Source of the DNA: an uncultured bacterium
Lineage (GTDB): Bacteria > Planctomycetota > Phycisphaerae > Phycisphaerales > SM1A02
Length of the DNA stretch: 64,000 nucleotides
Direction: 5' to 3'
Assembly: GCA_965369945.1 (NCBI GenBank)
Contig: CBDUST010000001.1
Span: 15,201-79,200, forward strand
Below the pieces are notes generated by a model. That model did no database searches. It had not been told where the DNA came from and worked only from the letters and a program-made list of their open reading frames with translations. Shown piece after piece: positions 1 through 7,881 of this stretch. The first letter of the stretch is position 1. The number at the start of each line of letters is the position of its first letter. The position numbers and the translations under genes were made by a program.

Positions 1-164
1 CGGACGGCTGCTGGCCCTTCGACACAGAGCACCGGCTGAGCGGTTGCCTCGTCACCCAGAGCAACGGCTGAGCCGTTGGTCCGCAGGTGCAGGGCAGCGA
101 GCGGGCGCGGACGTCTGGCAGATATCGTTCTTGCCCATTTGGCCGACATTTCGGAAGAAGCCGC

Positions 165-191
165 TTGACATAGTTATACTGGTAGTATAAA
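165..191 (+). promoter_or_regulatory. sigma70-like promoter candidate (TTGACA-N15-TATAAA) inside an A/T-rich inverted repeat
   Basis: TTGACA lies at 165-170 and TATAAA at 186-191. The inverted repeat TTATACT (174-180) / AGTATAA (184-190) overlaps the spacer and the -10. The 15-nt spacer is shorter than optimal. Confidence 0.35.
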
Positions 192-604
192 AACTAGTCA
201 ATGGTGTGTCAAGTGGTTCAGGCTGGGTATCTATATTTCGCTGGCGTGTCCGTGTGGTGTTGGAGCATCAGCGCGGCGCTCGATCCAGCCGATCGTGCTC
301 TATGCAAGCGATCGCGCTCGATGCAACCGATCGTGCTCGATCCAGCCCGTCGCGTTGGAGCATCTGCACGGCGCTGGAGGTTACCCATCGCGATGGAGTA
401 TCCACTATTGCACCGGAATATTCCGATCGCACCGGAGCATCGCATGACAGTCGAGTATCCACATGGCGATCAACTTTGCGCCTATGGGCGAACAACGATA
501 TTGGCCCACGTTTGGCATTCGCCATGATTCAGAGTCTGAATGCAGCGATCTGCTGCTTGTCCCACAAGATTGGTTCAACTCTCTCGGCGGCGACGAGTGT
601 GAGC

Positions 605-633
605 CCGGTACGACCGGTACGACCGGTACGACC
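605..633. repeat. 9-bp tandem repeat CCGGTACGA, 3.2 copies
   Basis: Three perfect head-to-tail copies were read directly, about 40 nt upstream of the VOC gene start. Confidence 0.9.
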
Positions 634-675
634 TGAACGATTCTTGCCATCATCTGAACGATAAAGGAGCGTCCC

Positions 676-1104
676 ATGACAGCCCAATCAACCTCAACAC
701 CCGCAGATCTATCAGCGCGGGCGGCTGTATTGAACTATAACGGAGGCTTGACCTGCGCGGTGCATGTCAGCGATATCGATAAGTCGATCGCGTGGTATCA
801 AGACGTGCTTGGCTTCAAGTTGATGTATCACATCAAGGAAATGGGATGGTGCGAGATGGCCACTCCTGTGGCTCGCGTGCAGCTGGGGCTTTCGCAAGTC
901 GAACAACCCAAGGTGACCGGCGTGACGCTGACTTGGGGTGTCAAAGACATCGAATCCGCGCGCAACACACTCGAGGCGGATGGTGTACGATTCGACGGGC
1001 CGACGCAAGAAATCCCCGAAATGGTCAAACTGGTCACTTTCTACGATCCGGATGGCAATACCTACATGTTGTACGAGAGCCTTTCTAACGAATTGCCGGG
1101 GTGA
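676..1104 (+). CDS. VOC (glyoxalase/bleomycin-resistance/dioxygenase) family protein, 142 aa
   Basis: AAGGAG lies 5-6 nt upstream of the ATG. The single-domain VOC-like sequence reads GLTCAVHVSDIDKSIAWYQDVLGF...FYDPDGNTYMLYE. Confidence 0.85.
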   Translation: MTAQSTSTPADLSARAAVLNYNGGLTCAVHVSDIDKSIAWYQDVLGFKLMYHIKEMGWCEMATPVARVQLGLSQVEQPKVTGVTLTWGVKDIESARNTLEADGVRFDGPTQEIPEMVKLVTFYDPDGNTYMLYESLSNELPG

Positions 1105-1162
1105 ATGAGGGTTGTTGGTAATTGGTAATCGGTAGTTATTGGAGAATGAAAAGGAGAGTCTC

Positions 1163-2131
1163 ATGAACATTGCAGCGAACCTTCTCGGAGCGGTTGCGTT
1201 GTGCGCAGCGACTGGTGCAACTCCACACGACAGCGCGGCCGAGGCTGGCAACGACAGCCCCTCGGTCACGGCGGAAGATGCTGCTGCCGCGTATGCGCGA
1301 TTCAAGAATCTGGCGGGCGAGTGGGTCGGCAAGAGCACCAAGGGTTGGACGGATCGCGAGTCGATCAGTGTCATCGCACGCGAATCGGCGGTGATGGTCA
1401 TCTCGAATTTCGAGGCACATCCCGATGAGACCATGGCCACGATGGTGCATTTGGATGGTGATCGATTGATGCTGACACACTATTGCGTCGCGCGCAACCA
1501 ACCTCGACTTGAAGCCACGTCGATCGAGGATGATGGTCGAACGATCACGTTCGCCTTTAGCGATGGAACGAACCTGCCGTCGCGTGACACTGGACATATG
1601 GACAAGGCGATATTTCGATTCGTCGACGACACGCATTACAGCTCGCGATGGACGTTCTATCAGGACGGCCAGGAGAGTTGGATGGAAGAGATTGTTTACC
1701 AGCGAATTGCCGAGGAACGATCGTCCGCAGATGACAGCAATAGTTCAGGCTCAGCGCGTATCGGTTTTGACGGCGGCTTGACCTGCGTCATTCAGGTCAG
1801 TGATCTATCCGCGTCCAAAGCGTGGTATCAGCGCGTGCTCGGTTTCGAGTTACTGTTTGAACTGCCGGAACAGTTGTTTTGTGAACTGGCAAGCCCGGTT
1901 AATCGCGTCACCGTTGGCCTCTCGCAGGTCAACGACTTCAAGACCGGCTCGAGTACAACATTGACGTTCGGCGTAAACAAAATAGAGACGGCACGATCTA
2001 AATTGGAAAGCGAAGGCGTTCGGTTCGACGGTCCGACGGAGGAGATTCCCGGCATTGTGAAGCTCGCGTCTATGTTTGATCCGGACAACAATCGACTGAT
2101 GTTATATGAGAGTCTGGAAGACCAGAACTAA
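1163..2131 (+). CDS. secreted two-domain protein: unknown N-terminal domain plus C-terminal VOC domain
   Basis: AAGGAG (1151-1156) precedes the ATG at 1163, and the N-terminus MNIAANLLGAVALCAATGA is signal-like. The C-terminal 120 aa are clearly paralogous to the preceding gene (GLTCVIQVSDLSASKAWYQRVLGF...FDPDNNRLMLYE). The ORF-track start at 1139 is a TTG. Confidence 0.8.
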   Translation: MNIAANLLGAVALCAATGATPHDSAAEAGNDSPSVTAEDAAAAYARFKNLAGEWVGKSTKGWTDRESISVIARESAVMVISNFEAHPDETMATMVHLDGDRLMLTHYCVARNQPRLEATSIEDDGRTITFAFSDGTNLPSRDTGHMDKAIFRFVDDTHYSSRWTFYQDGQESWMEEIVYQRIAEERSSADDSNSSGSARIGFDGGLTCVIQVSDLSASKAWYQRVLGFELLFELPEQLFCELASPVNRVTVGLSQVNDFKTGSSTTLTFGVNKIETARSKLESEGVRFDGPTEEIPGIVKLASMFDPDNNRLMLYESLEDQN

Positions 2132-2222
2132 CGCCGCCAATTGCCGAGATTATCAGTTCCCCTCGCCGAGGACTGGCGCGGCCACGACCGCTGGCGGGAA
2201 ATCGCGTCCTCCTTGAAGCGGC

Positions 2223-2411
2223 TCAACCTTCTGACTTGCTTGAGCGGAGCTTCAGCCCCTCGATAATCGCGGCTGCGTTGGCGCGACAGTCCTCCTCGGT
2301 CCGTCCAGTCGCTATGGCGATCTTGTACCCATTGTCATCATAGATCGACAACTCGTACTCGCCGGCAATCTGGATGATCCTTACTTGGGCGTTCCAAGGG
2401 TTCTTGTCCAT
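2223..2411 (-). CDS. small hypothetical protein, 62 aa
   Basis: GGAGA lies about 7 nt upstream of the ATG. The composition is protein-like (YELSIYDDNGYKIAIATGRTEEDCRANAAAIIEGL), vaguely like YegP/HicB-type small alpha-beta folds. The family is not identified. Confidence 0.5.
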   Translation of the reverse strand: MDKNPWNAQVRIIQIAGEYELSIYDDNGYKIAIATGRTEEDCRANAAAIIEGLKLRSSKSEG

Positions 2412-2859
2412 GCGAAGTCTCCACGAGACCCGAGTGTCATCGAAAGCTAAGTACGCCGGAACTATGTTTGGACACCTGCAGCCAACAGATGCCTCGGTCC
2501 TACCGAGGCCGTAAGTGCTCCGAGTGGTTCATCGATTCCCCAGAAGGGCGCGGTGAATTGGCGAACATACCCCGACTTCTCATTAGAAGCTTCGCTCGTC
2601 ACAGTACTCAACTCAGCTCCCGTTGTCCGAGACTTCACCATGCGCCCGGGAGAGCAGGCCGACCGGTACAGATCGTCTTGGGTCTGACCGGCCGGCTGTG
2701 CCCTTTGCCGCATGGATATCCGATTGTCGTGTCACTCATGAACTCCTTTGCACCTGGAAGTTCCTTATGCATCGGCGTGATTGTTCGTGCAAACACAGTT
2801 TGTCTTCGAGAACCAGAGGCCAGTCATTGATTCACTCCGTTGCTGCGCGCGGTAGCGCC

Positions 2860-2935
2860 CAACTACTTGGTCAACTATTTGGTCAACTATTTGGTCAACT
2901 ACTTGGTCAACTACTTGGTCAACTAGTTGACCAAC
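2860..2935. repeat. 12-bp tandem array (CAACTAYTTGGT x5, then CAACTAGTTGAC) ending in the perfect palindrome GGTCAACTAGTTGACC
   Basis: The units were read at 2860, 2872, 2884, 2896, 2908 and 2920. The 16-bp palindrome lies at 2917-2932. The array sits in an apparently non-coding stretch of about 800 nt. Confidence 0.95.
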
Positions 2936-3207
2936 ATACCGCTCAGGCTTTTGGCAGTGTTTCTGCGCAGCAGAATCCCATGCAAATGATTATCTCGTGC
3001 GTTTTGGGGCATCAACAAGCTTGCTGCGTTCTCCCAACTGCGCAGGCGTGACTATTGGCACCGATTGACGCCGATCGCCTCATTCTGAATTGCCTTGGCA
3101 AGTCTTCCGCGCATGCTGTGAGCAAGCGGTTGCTGAACCGTCAACGACCCTCGCCGCCTCCGTCGGCCGCGGAGGGTGATCGATTCGCTCAAATAGGGAG
3201 AGAGAGG

Positions 3208-3741
3208 ATGAAATCTTTAGGAATGGCTCATGGAGCCGCGACGCTCGCGGCGTGTGTGCTGGTGGGTTTGACCGCTTCAGGGCACGCGGCTCGATTGAAT
3301 CCGATGCTGTACTCGACGGCCGGCGCGGCTGCTTTTTCGGATCCATTGTGCGATTTAGCAAACGAACTCGTTGATTTGATATGTGGCATGTCGGCAAGCG
3401 ACGGCATCGACCAGCTTACCGAGGGCTTCATCGATGCCGTGGACCGGGGCACCTGGGGCGACCTGGAGCCGCTCATCGCCAGTGCCAATGCCAAGCTCGA
3501 CCAGATATTCGATCCTGTCGTTACGCCGAGCCTGGATCCTGTCGACGCCGGTGCCGATGCCCCGCTGATCGACCCTTCTTTCATGACCACCGAAGCGATG
3601 GGCGATGACCTGTGCGAACGCGCAAAGGCAGCAAGGGACGAGATCTGCTCGTCCTACCCCAATAATGAGACGGCAGGCTCACTCTGGCATCAGATGCGCT
3701 GGCTGCTCGATGATCTTGAGGAGCAGGCCCGCCCTTGGTAG
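3208..3741 (+). CDS. secreted acidic hypothetical protein, 177 aa
   Basis: GGGAGAGAGAGG lies immediately upstream of the ATG at 3208. A signal peptide MKSLGMAHGAATLAACVLVGLTASGHA is present. No family was recognised. Confidence 0.6.
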   Translation: MKSLGMAHGAATLAACVLVGLTASGHAARLNPMLYSTAGAAAFSDPLCDLANELVDLICGMSASDGIDQLTEGFIDAVDRGTWGDLEPLIASANAKLDQIFDPVVTPSLDPVDAGADAPLIDPSFMTTEAMGDDLCERAKAARDEICSSYPNNETAGSLWHQMRWLLDDLEEQARPW

Positions 3742-3948
3742 CCGCTCGCCTTACCGCTGAGGGTTCGTACCGACGCCTCCGTATCACACCTGGTGAGCCC
3801 GAGCAAGCTACGTTCTCGCGCGCCTCAATGCAAGAGACTCCAGCACAGTAGGCGATCGCGTCGTTGTTGCGGTTTCGCGGGTGGAGCAAGGAGGTGGGCG
3901 AGAGGTGGTTGAATCTACTTCGCGCCCACCGGTGCGGCCCGTGGAAGG

Positions 3949-4668
3949 CTAATCTCTGTTCGTTGCCTCGGGGGCATCTCGGCCACCAATCTCGGAGTCT
4001 GTAAGTTGCTGCAGCGCGGACCGCACGCCGCTGAGGTCTACGTCGGAGCCGTATGCGTCTGAAATCAAGGACACGATCGTATCCATACGTTGTTGGCGGA
4101 GGCGCGTGGCGAGCTCACCGTCTCGACCTGCAACTGCCGTGGCAATCTCGGAAGACGTGTCAAGGAGGGCGAGGGCTCGGTCGTAGCGACCAGTCTCTAG
4201 GAGACCGGCCACTACCTCTAACTGAGACGTCATGACCCGACCAACACGCTCTTGCCACGCCTCAATCTCCTCGCGCCGGTTGCGCTCCGTCGCCGCCAAT
4301 TCCCCCTGCTGCTGGGCGATCAGTCTGTTCTTCTCGGCGATGTTGTAATATCGAGCGGCGCCTACCCAACCGGCGGAACTAACGATTACAACAGATACGA
4401 GGCCCGCGAGTGGTATGCCGATCCAAAGCGAGATGCCCCTCCGCCAGCGGCGCTGCCGAGTGGGTTGAGCCGGTTGATTGCCTAATAACGTTGCCTCGAT
4501 ACCTTCGGCAAACTGTGCGATGTGTTGTTGAGCGTCAGGAGCAAGTAGCGTTCGAACCGCCCTCACTTCCGGTGCTAGCTTCTGCGCATCATTCCTCGTG
4601 GTGGAGGCAATCACCTGTTGCCGGACATCTTGGTCTTGGCGCTGATCGGAATTGTGCATTTTAGTCAT
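3949..4668 (-). CDS. hypothetical single-pass membrane protein with a coiled-coil region, 239 aa
   Basis: AAGGA lies upstream of the ATG. There is one TM segment (ISLWIGIPLAGLVSVVIVSSAGWVGAA) followed by a heptad-like helical region. Confidence 0.6.
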   Translation of the reverse strand: MTKMHNSDQRQDQDVRQQVIASTTRNDAQKLAPEVRAVRTLLAPDAQQHIAQFAEGIEATLLGNQPAQPTRQRRWRRGISLWIGIPLAGLVSVVIVSSAGWVGAARYYNIAEKNRLIAQQQGELAATERNRREEIEAWQERVGRVMTSQLEVVAGLLETGRYDRALALLDTSSEIATAVAGRDGELATRLRQQRMDTIVSLISDAYGSDVDLSGVRSALQQLTDSEIGGRDAPEATNRD

Positions 4669-4685
4669 GATCCTTTTGGTTGAAC

Positions 4686-4997
4686 CTATCCGCGTTTCGA
4701 GGCCTCAATAGCTTCCAGAAGTTGCCGATAGAGTCCCCGAGGATCAATTTGTGTCGGGTAGTGCTCGGCGTTATATCCCCAGCTCGTCAGGAAAGATTTT
4801 ACTTCGTCCGGCAATTCCGGATCGAGCGACAGCGCCATGAGCGTTATGATCGCACGTTTGCGCCCCCTGGGGCCGTCAGGAAATGCCTTTGCAGACTCCC
4901 GCGCCAGCGCCATTGGAATCTCATTCAGGGACACCCGCCCTTTCTTTGCAGAACCACAGCGCGGCACATGGGGTTGTTTCTCCGCCATTGCACACAT
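4686..4997 (-). CDS. hypothetical protein; 5' end uncertain
   Basis: The ORF ends 17 nt upstream of the 3949-4668 gene on the same strand. The ORF-track start at 5072 is a TTG. The first ATGs are at 4997 and 4988, and neither has a clear SD. Confidence 0.4.
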   Translation of the reverse strand: MCAMAEKQPHVPRCGSAKKGRVSLNEIPMALARESAKAFPDGPRGRKRAIITLMALSLDPELPDEVKSFLTSWGYNAEHYPTQIDPRGLYRQLLEAIEASKRG

Positions 4998-5293
4998 TGT
5001 ATTGGAATCATCTCGGCTTTGTTGGCCAACCGTTTGTCCGGATTCTTGAGCAAAGCGGTGTACAAGAGCCAAGCGGTGTTGATGGCTGGGCGGTGTCGTA
5101 GATTCAGACAGCGAGTCGCTTCAGCCGAGGGGGTAGCGACTTGTCGAGCCAGCCTGTTGTATCAGAGAGTTACGGCGTTTTGCCACGACACCGATGTTGA
5201 GGTAACGCAACACTTAGATGGATAATCATCGCTCATCGTCTCTTGGTTCACTGGCATGGATTTTGTATCCTTGGCTGGTGGAGGCGATGAAAG

Positions 5294-5659
5294 ATGGTGG
5301 CAAGAGCGTGTAGTCCCCTGTTGGGGATAATGCTGGTCTTGGTCGGAGCGGGCTGTGCTACATCCTCGCAAAGGCCGAATTCGCAGGCCGCCGCGTGGGG
5401 ATCAGTCTCACCGAGCTTGGTCATGCCGGGCATGAGGCTGGGCGGTACCTTCGCGGCGGGTTCAACCGTCTCCGGAGACGCCAGCGGGTGGGAATACAGC
5501 CGCAACGACGATCGCCTCAGCGTGGGTCATGTGCCTCCAGCGTCCCAGGTTGACTACCTCGAAGTCGAGACACGTGAGCGATTGCGGATCGACAACGGCC
5601 GACCTCAAGACCATTCGATCACGCGAATCCATTCGATTCGGCGGCGACTGAAGCGGTAA
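5294..5659 (+). CDS. hypothetical lipoprotein, 121 aa
   Basis: GGAGG lies upstream. The signal carries a lipobox, LVGAG-C (MVARACSPLLGIMLVLVGAGCATSS). Confidence 0.6.
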   Translation: MVARACSPLLGIMLVLVGAGCATSSQRPNSQAAAWGSVSPSLVMPGMRLGGTFAAGSTVSGDASGWEYSRNDDRLSVGHVPPASQVDYLEVETRERLRIDNGRPQDHSITRIHSIRRRLKR

Positions 5660-5754
5660 GCCAGCCCTTTCCGCCATATTGTCCACAATCCATACAAGGT
5701 CCCAGTCGAGCCTGGTGCTATTTCGCTAAGGTCTTGTGCTTTGCGAACTTGTTC

Positions 5755-5783
5755 TTGACAGCGATGTAACGGGCCGCGATACT
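5755..5783 (+). promoter_or_regulatory. sigma70-type promoter TTGACA-N17-GATACT for the HU-family gene
   Basis: TTGACA lies at 5755-5760 and GATACT at 5778-5783, with an exact 17-nt spacer. The promoter is about 130 nt upstream of the HU start. Confidence 0.55.
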
Positions 5784-5914
5784 TGACTGTGTAAGCTGGG
5801 TTAGTTGGATACACAGGAGCAGGACTCGCGATTTATTAGTTTTTAGGCAGCCGGAAGTTGTCCACGGATTGCTGTTGGGTTGCCGAGAGCACAATTGCAG
5901 GGGGGCTGCAAGCC

Positions 5915-6274
5915 ATGCCGACGACGACCAAGAAGGACCTCATAGATCGGATCGCTGAAGAGACGCAACAAAAGCGAACCGTGGTCAAGAAGACAATTCA
6001 GAGTTTTCTGGACAACGTCATTCTTGAGTTGCGCCAAGGCAATCGCTTGGAGTTTCGAGACTTTGGCGTGTTCGAGATCAAGCATCGCGCCGCGAGAATG
6101 GGTCAGAATCCCAAGACGCTGGAGCGCGTTCCCGTTCCGGCCAAGAAGACTGTGAAGTTCAAGGTCGGGCGCCTTATGAAGGACGCCTTGGAGAACGACG
6201 GCGAGCTTCATTCGGACTACCACGAGCGAGCCTCCGCCACGATCGGTGTGACGGCTGATTCGAGCCTTTCATAG
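5915..6274 (+). CDS. HU/IHF-family DNA-binding protein with a C-terminal extension
   Basis: The sequence KKDLIDRIAEETQ...FRDFGVFEIKHRAARMGQNPKTLERVPVPAKKTVKFKVGRLMK is a typical HU/IHF fold sequence. The start was chosen at the ATG at 5915. Confidence 0.9.
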   Translation: MPTTTKKDLIDRIAEETQQKRTVVKKTIQSFLDNVILELRQGNRLEFRDFGVFEIKHRAARMGQNPKTLERVPVPAKKTVKFKVGRLMKDALENDGELHSDYHERASATIGVTADSSLS

Positions 6275-6369
6275 ATTGATCGCCCTGATACCACGATTCA
6301 AGACGGTGTGGAACAACTGACGTTCGCTCGATCCCGGTTCGCCGGCCGGGGAGGATTTACGGCTCACGG

Positions 6370-7881
6370 ATGAGCGCTACCACTTCCCACATCTCCTCTA
6401 CGGCTCAATCATCACCTCAGGATGCACCAAGCCGCTCCCAGCAAAAGGTCGCGCGGCTGTTGGAGCAACTGCCGCCGCACGCGATCGAAGCTGAGATGTG
6501 TCTGCTGGGCTCGATCATCATTGAGCCGGGCGTGCTGGGCGACGTCACGCTGATCATTCGTCAGGGTGAAGAGTTCTACAAGCCGGCCAACGGCGCGATC
6601 TTCGACGCCATGGTCGAACTGTACGACAAGCACGCGTCGCTGGACGTGGTGCAGCTTCACCAGTTGTTGGTGGATCGCGATATTCTCGAGTCGGTCGGCG
6701 GGCAGGAATACCTGGTCGAGCTGGCCAGCTCCGTTCCCAGTGCCCACAACGCTGAGCAATACGCTCGATTGGTTCGAGAGAAGGCCATCGTACGCCGACT
6801 CATTGAACAGGCCGGGCAGATTCTCCAGGACGCCTACTCCAGTCGTGATGATGCGGCGTCACTTCTGGACGAGGCTGAGCATCGCATCTTTTCGATCGCA
6901 GAGCACTACGAACATCGCGACATCGAATCGCTGCGCTCGATCGTGGACGAGTTGGTCAAGGAGATGGAAGCCAGAGAAGGGCGACCGGCCAGCGGGGTGT
7001 TGACGCATTACGCCGACCTTGACGAGTTGACCGGGGGATTTCAGCCCGGCGACTTCATTATCATTGCCGGCCGACCGTCGATGGGGAAGTCCGCAATTGC
7101 TTTGAACATCATCGAGAACATGGCCTCACACGGCGATCCCGTGGGACTGTTCAGCTTGGAGATGAGTAAGCGCCATCTCGTCGAGCGACTCCTGGCCGGT
7201 CGCGCCGGCCTGGACCTGCACCGCATCCGTCGCATGATGCTGACCACGGACCAGTGGATTCGGCTTCAGACGGCGTGCGGTGACCTGAGGGAAGCGCCGA
7301 TCTTTGTTGATGATATGGGCGCTTCAACGCTGCTTCAGATTCGCGCGCGAGCCAGGCGAATGGTGGCCAAACATTCAGTCAAGGCGATCTTCGTCGACTA
7401 CATTCAGTTGATCACGTCCGGCGGGCGGCCGGAATCCCGTCAGATGGAGGTAAGTGAGATCAGTCGGGGGTTCAAGGCGTTGGCCCGGGAATTGGAGATC
7501 CCGGTGGTGGGTTTGAGTCAGCTGAATCGATCGCCCGAGCAGCGCGAAACACACCGACCACGGCTGAGTGACCTGCGTGAATCCGGTTCATTGGAGCAGG
7601 ATGCCGATGTTGTGTGCCTGTTGCATCGCGAGGAGTATTACCACCAGGGTGAAGAGCAGTGGCTGCGCGATAACCAGGAAAAGGTAGGCGTGGCAGAGTT
7701 GATCATCGCCAAACAGCGCAACGGCCCGACCGACACGGTCAAGCTTTCATGGAACCAGCAGTCCACGCGGTTCAACGACTTCTCAGGGCGAGATGTTCCC
7801 CAGGAGTACGTCGAATCCAAACCCGGATCGCCGATGGATACGGCCCCATACTCCAATAGCGCCGATGACATTCCGATCTAA
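6370..7881 (+). CDS. dnaB: replicative DNA helicase DnaB
   Basis: The N-terminal motif PHAIEAEMCLLGSIIIEPGVL is present, along with Walker A GRPSMGKSAIALN, the SLEMS motif, and C-terminal QRNGPT. No intein-sized insertion was seen. Confidence 0.95.
   Translation: MSATTSHISSTAQSSPQDAPSRSQQKVARLLEQLPPHAIEAEMCLLGSIIIEPGVLGDVTLIIRQGEEFYKPANGAIFDAMVELYDKHASLDVVQLHQLLVDRDILESVGGQEYLVELASSVPSAHNAEQYARLVREKAIVRRLIEQAGQILQDAYSSRDDAASLLDEAEHRIFSIAEHYEHRDIESLRSIVDELVKEMEAREGRPASGVLTHYADLDELTGGFQPGDFIIIAGRPSMGKSAIALNIIENMASHGDPVGLFSLEMSKRHLVERLLAGRAGLDLHRIRRMMLTTDQWIRLQTACGDLREAPIFVDDMGASTLLQIRARARRMVAKHSVKAIFVDYIQLITSGGRPESRQMEVSEISRGFKALARELEIPVVGLSQLNRSPEQRETHRPRLSDLRESGSLEQDADVVCLLHREEYYHQGEEQWLRDNQEKVGVAELIIAKQRNGPTDTVKLSWNQQSTRFNDFSGRDVPQEYVESKPGSPMDTAPYSNSADDIPI

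Noticed and set aside
280-350. A dense GATC cluster near dnaB, considered as evidence for a Dam-regulated origin.
   Set aside because: CGATCG-type sequences are abundant throughout this window, including coding DNA. dnaB is not an origin marker. Only two imperfect DnaA-box-like sites are present. I kept this as a low-confidence note in the finding for 165-675.
201-527. A 108-aa ORF starting 10 nt after the TATAAA box, which would be a possible leaderless mRNA.
   Set aside because: The composition is Trp/Cys/Arg-rich and non-protein-like. There is no SD and no motif. Overlapping ORFs occur in other frames and on the other strand, and the internal similarity is explained by the DNA repeats. 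I kept it as non-coding in the finding for 165-675.
2860-2935. The tandem array read as a CRISPR array.
   Set aside because: The units are 12 bp and directly abutting with no spacers. There are no cas genes in the window.
2462-3051. Three ORFs (2462-2713 minus, 2468-2830 plus, 2623-3051 plus), one of which crosses the tandem array as LLGQLFGQLFGQLLGQ.
   Set aside because: They overlap each other, lack an SD and have non-protein-like sequence outside the repeat. I also considered a TA-like pairing of the 2462-2713 product with the 62-aa protein, but no toxin or antitoxin motifs are visible.
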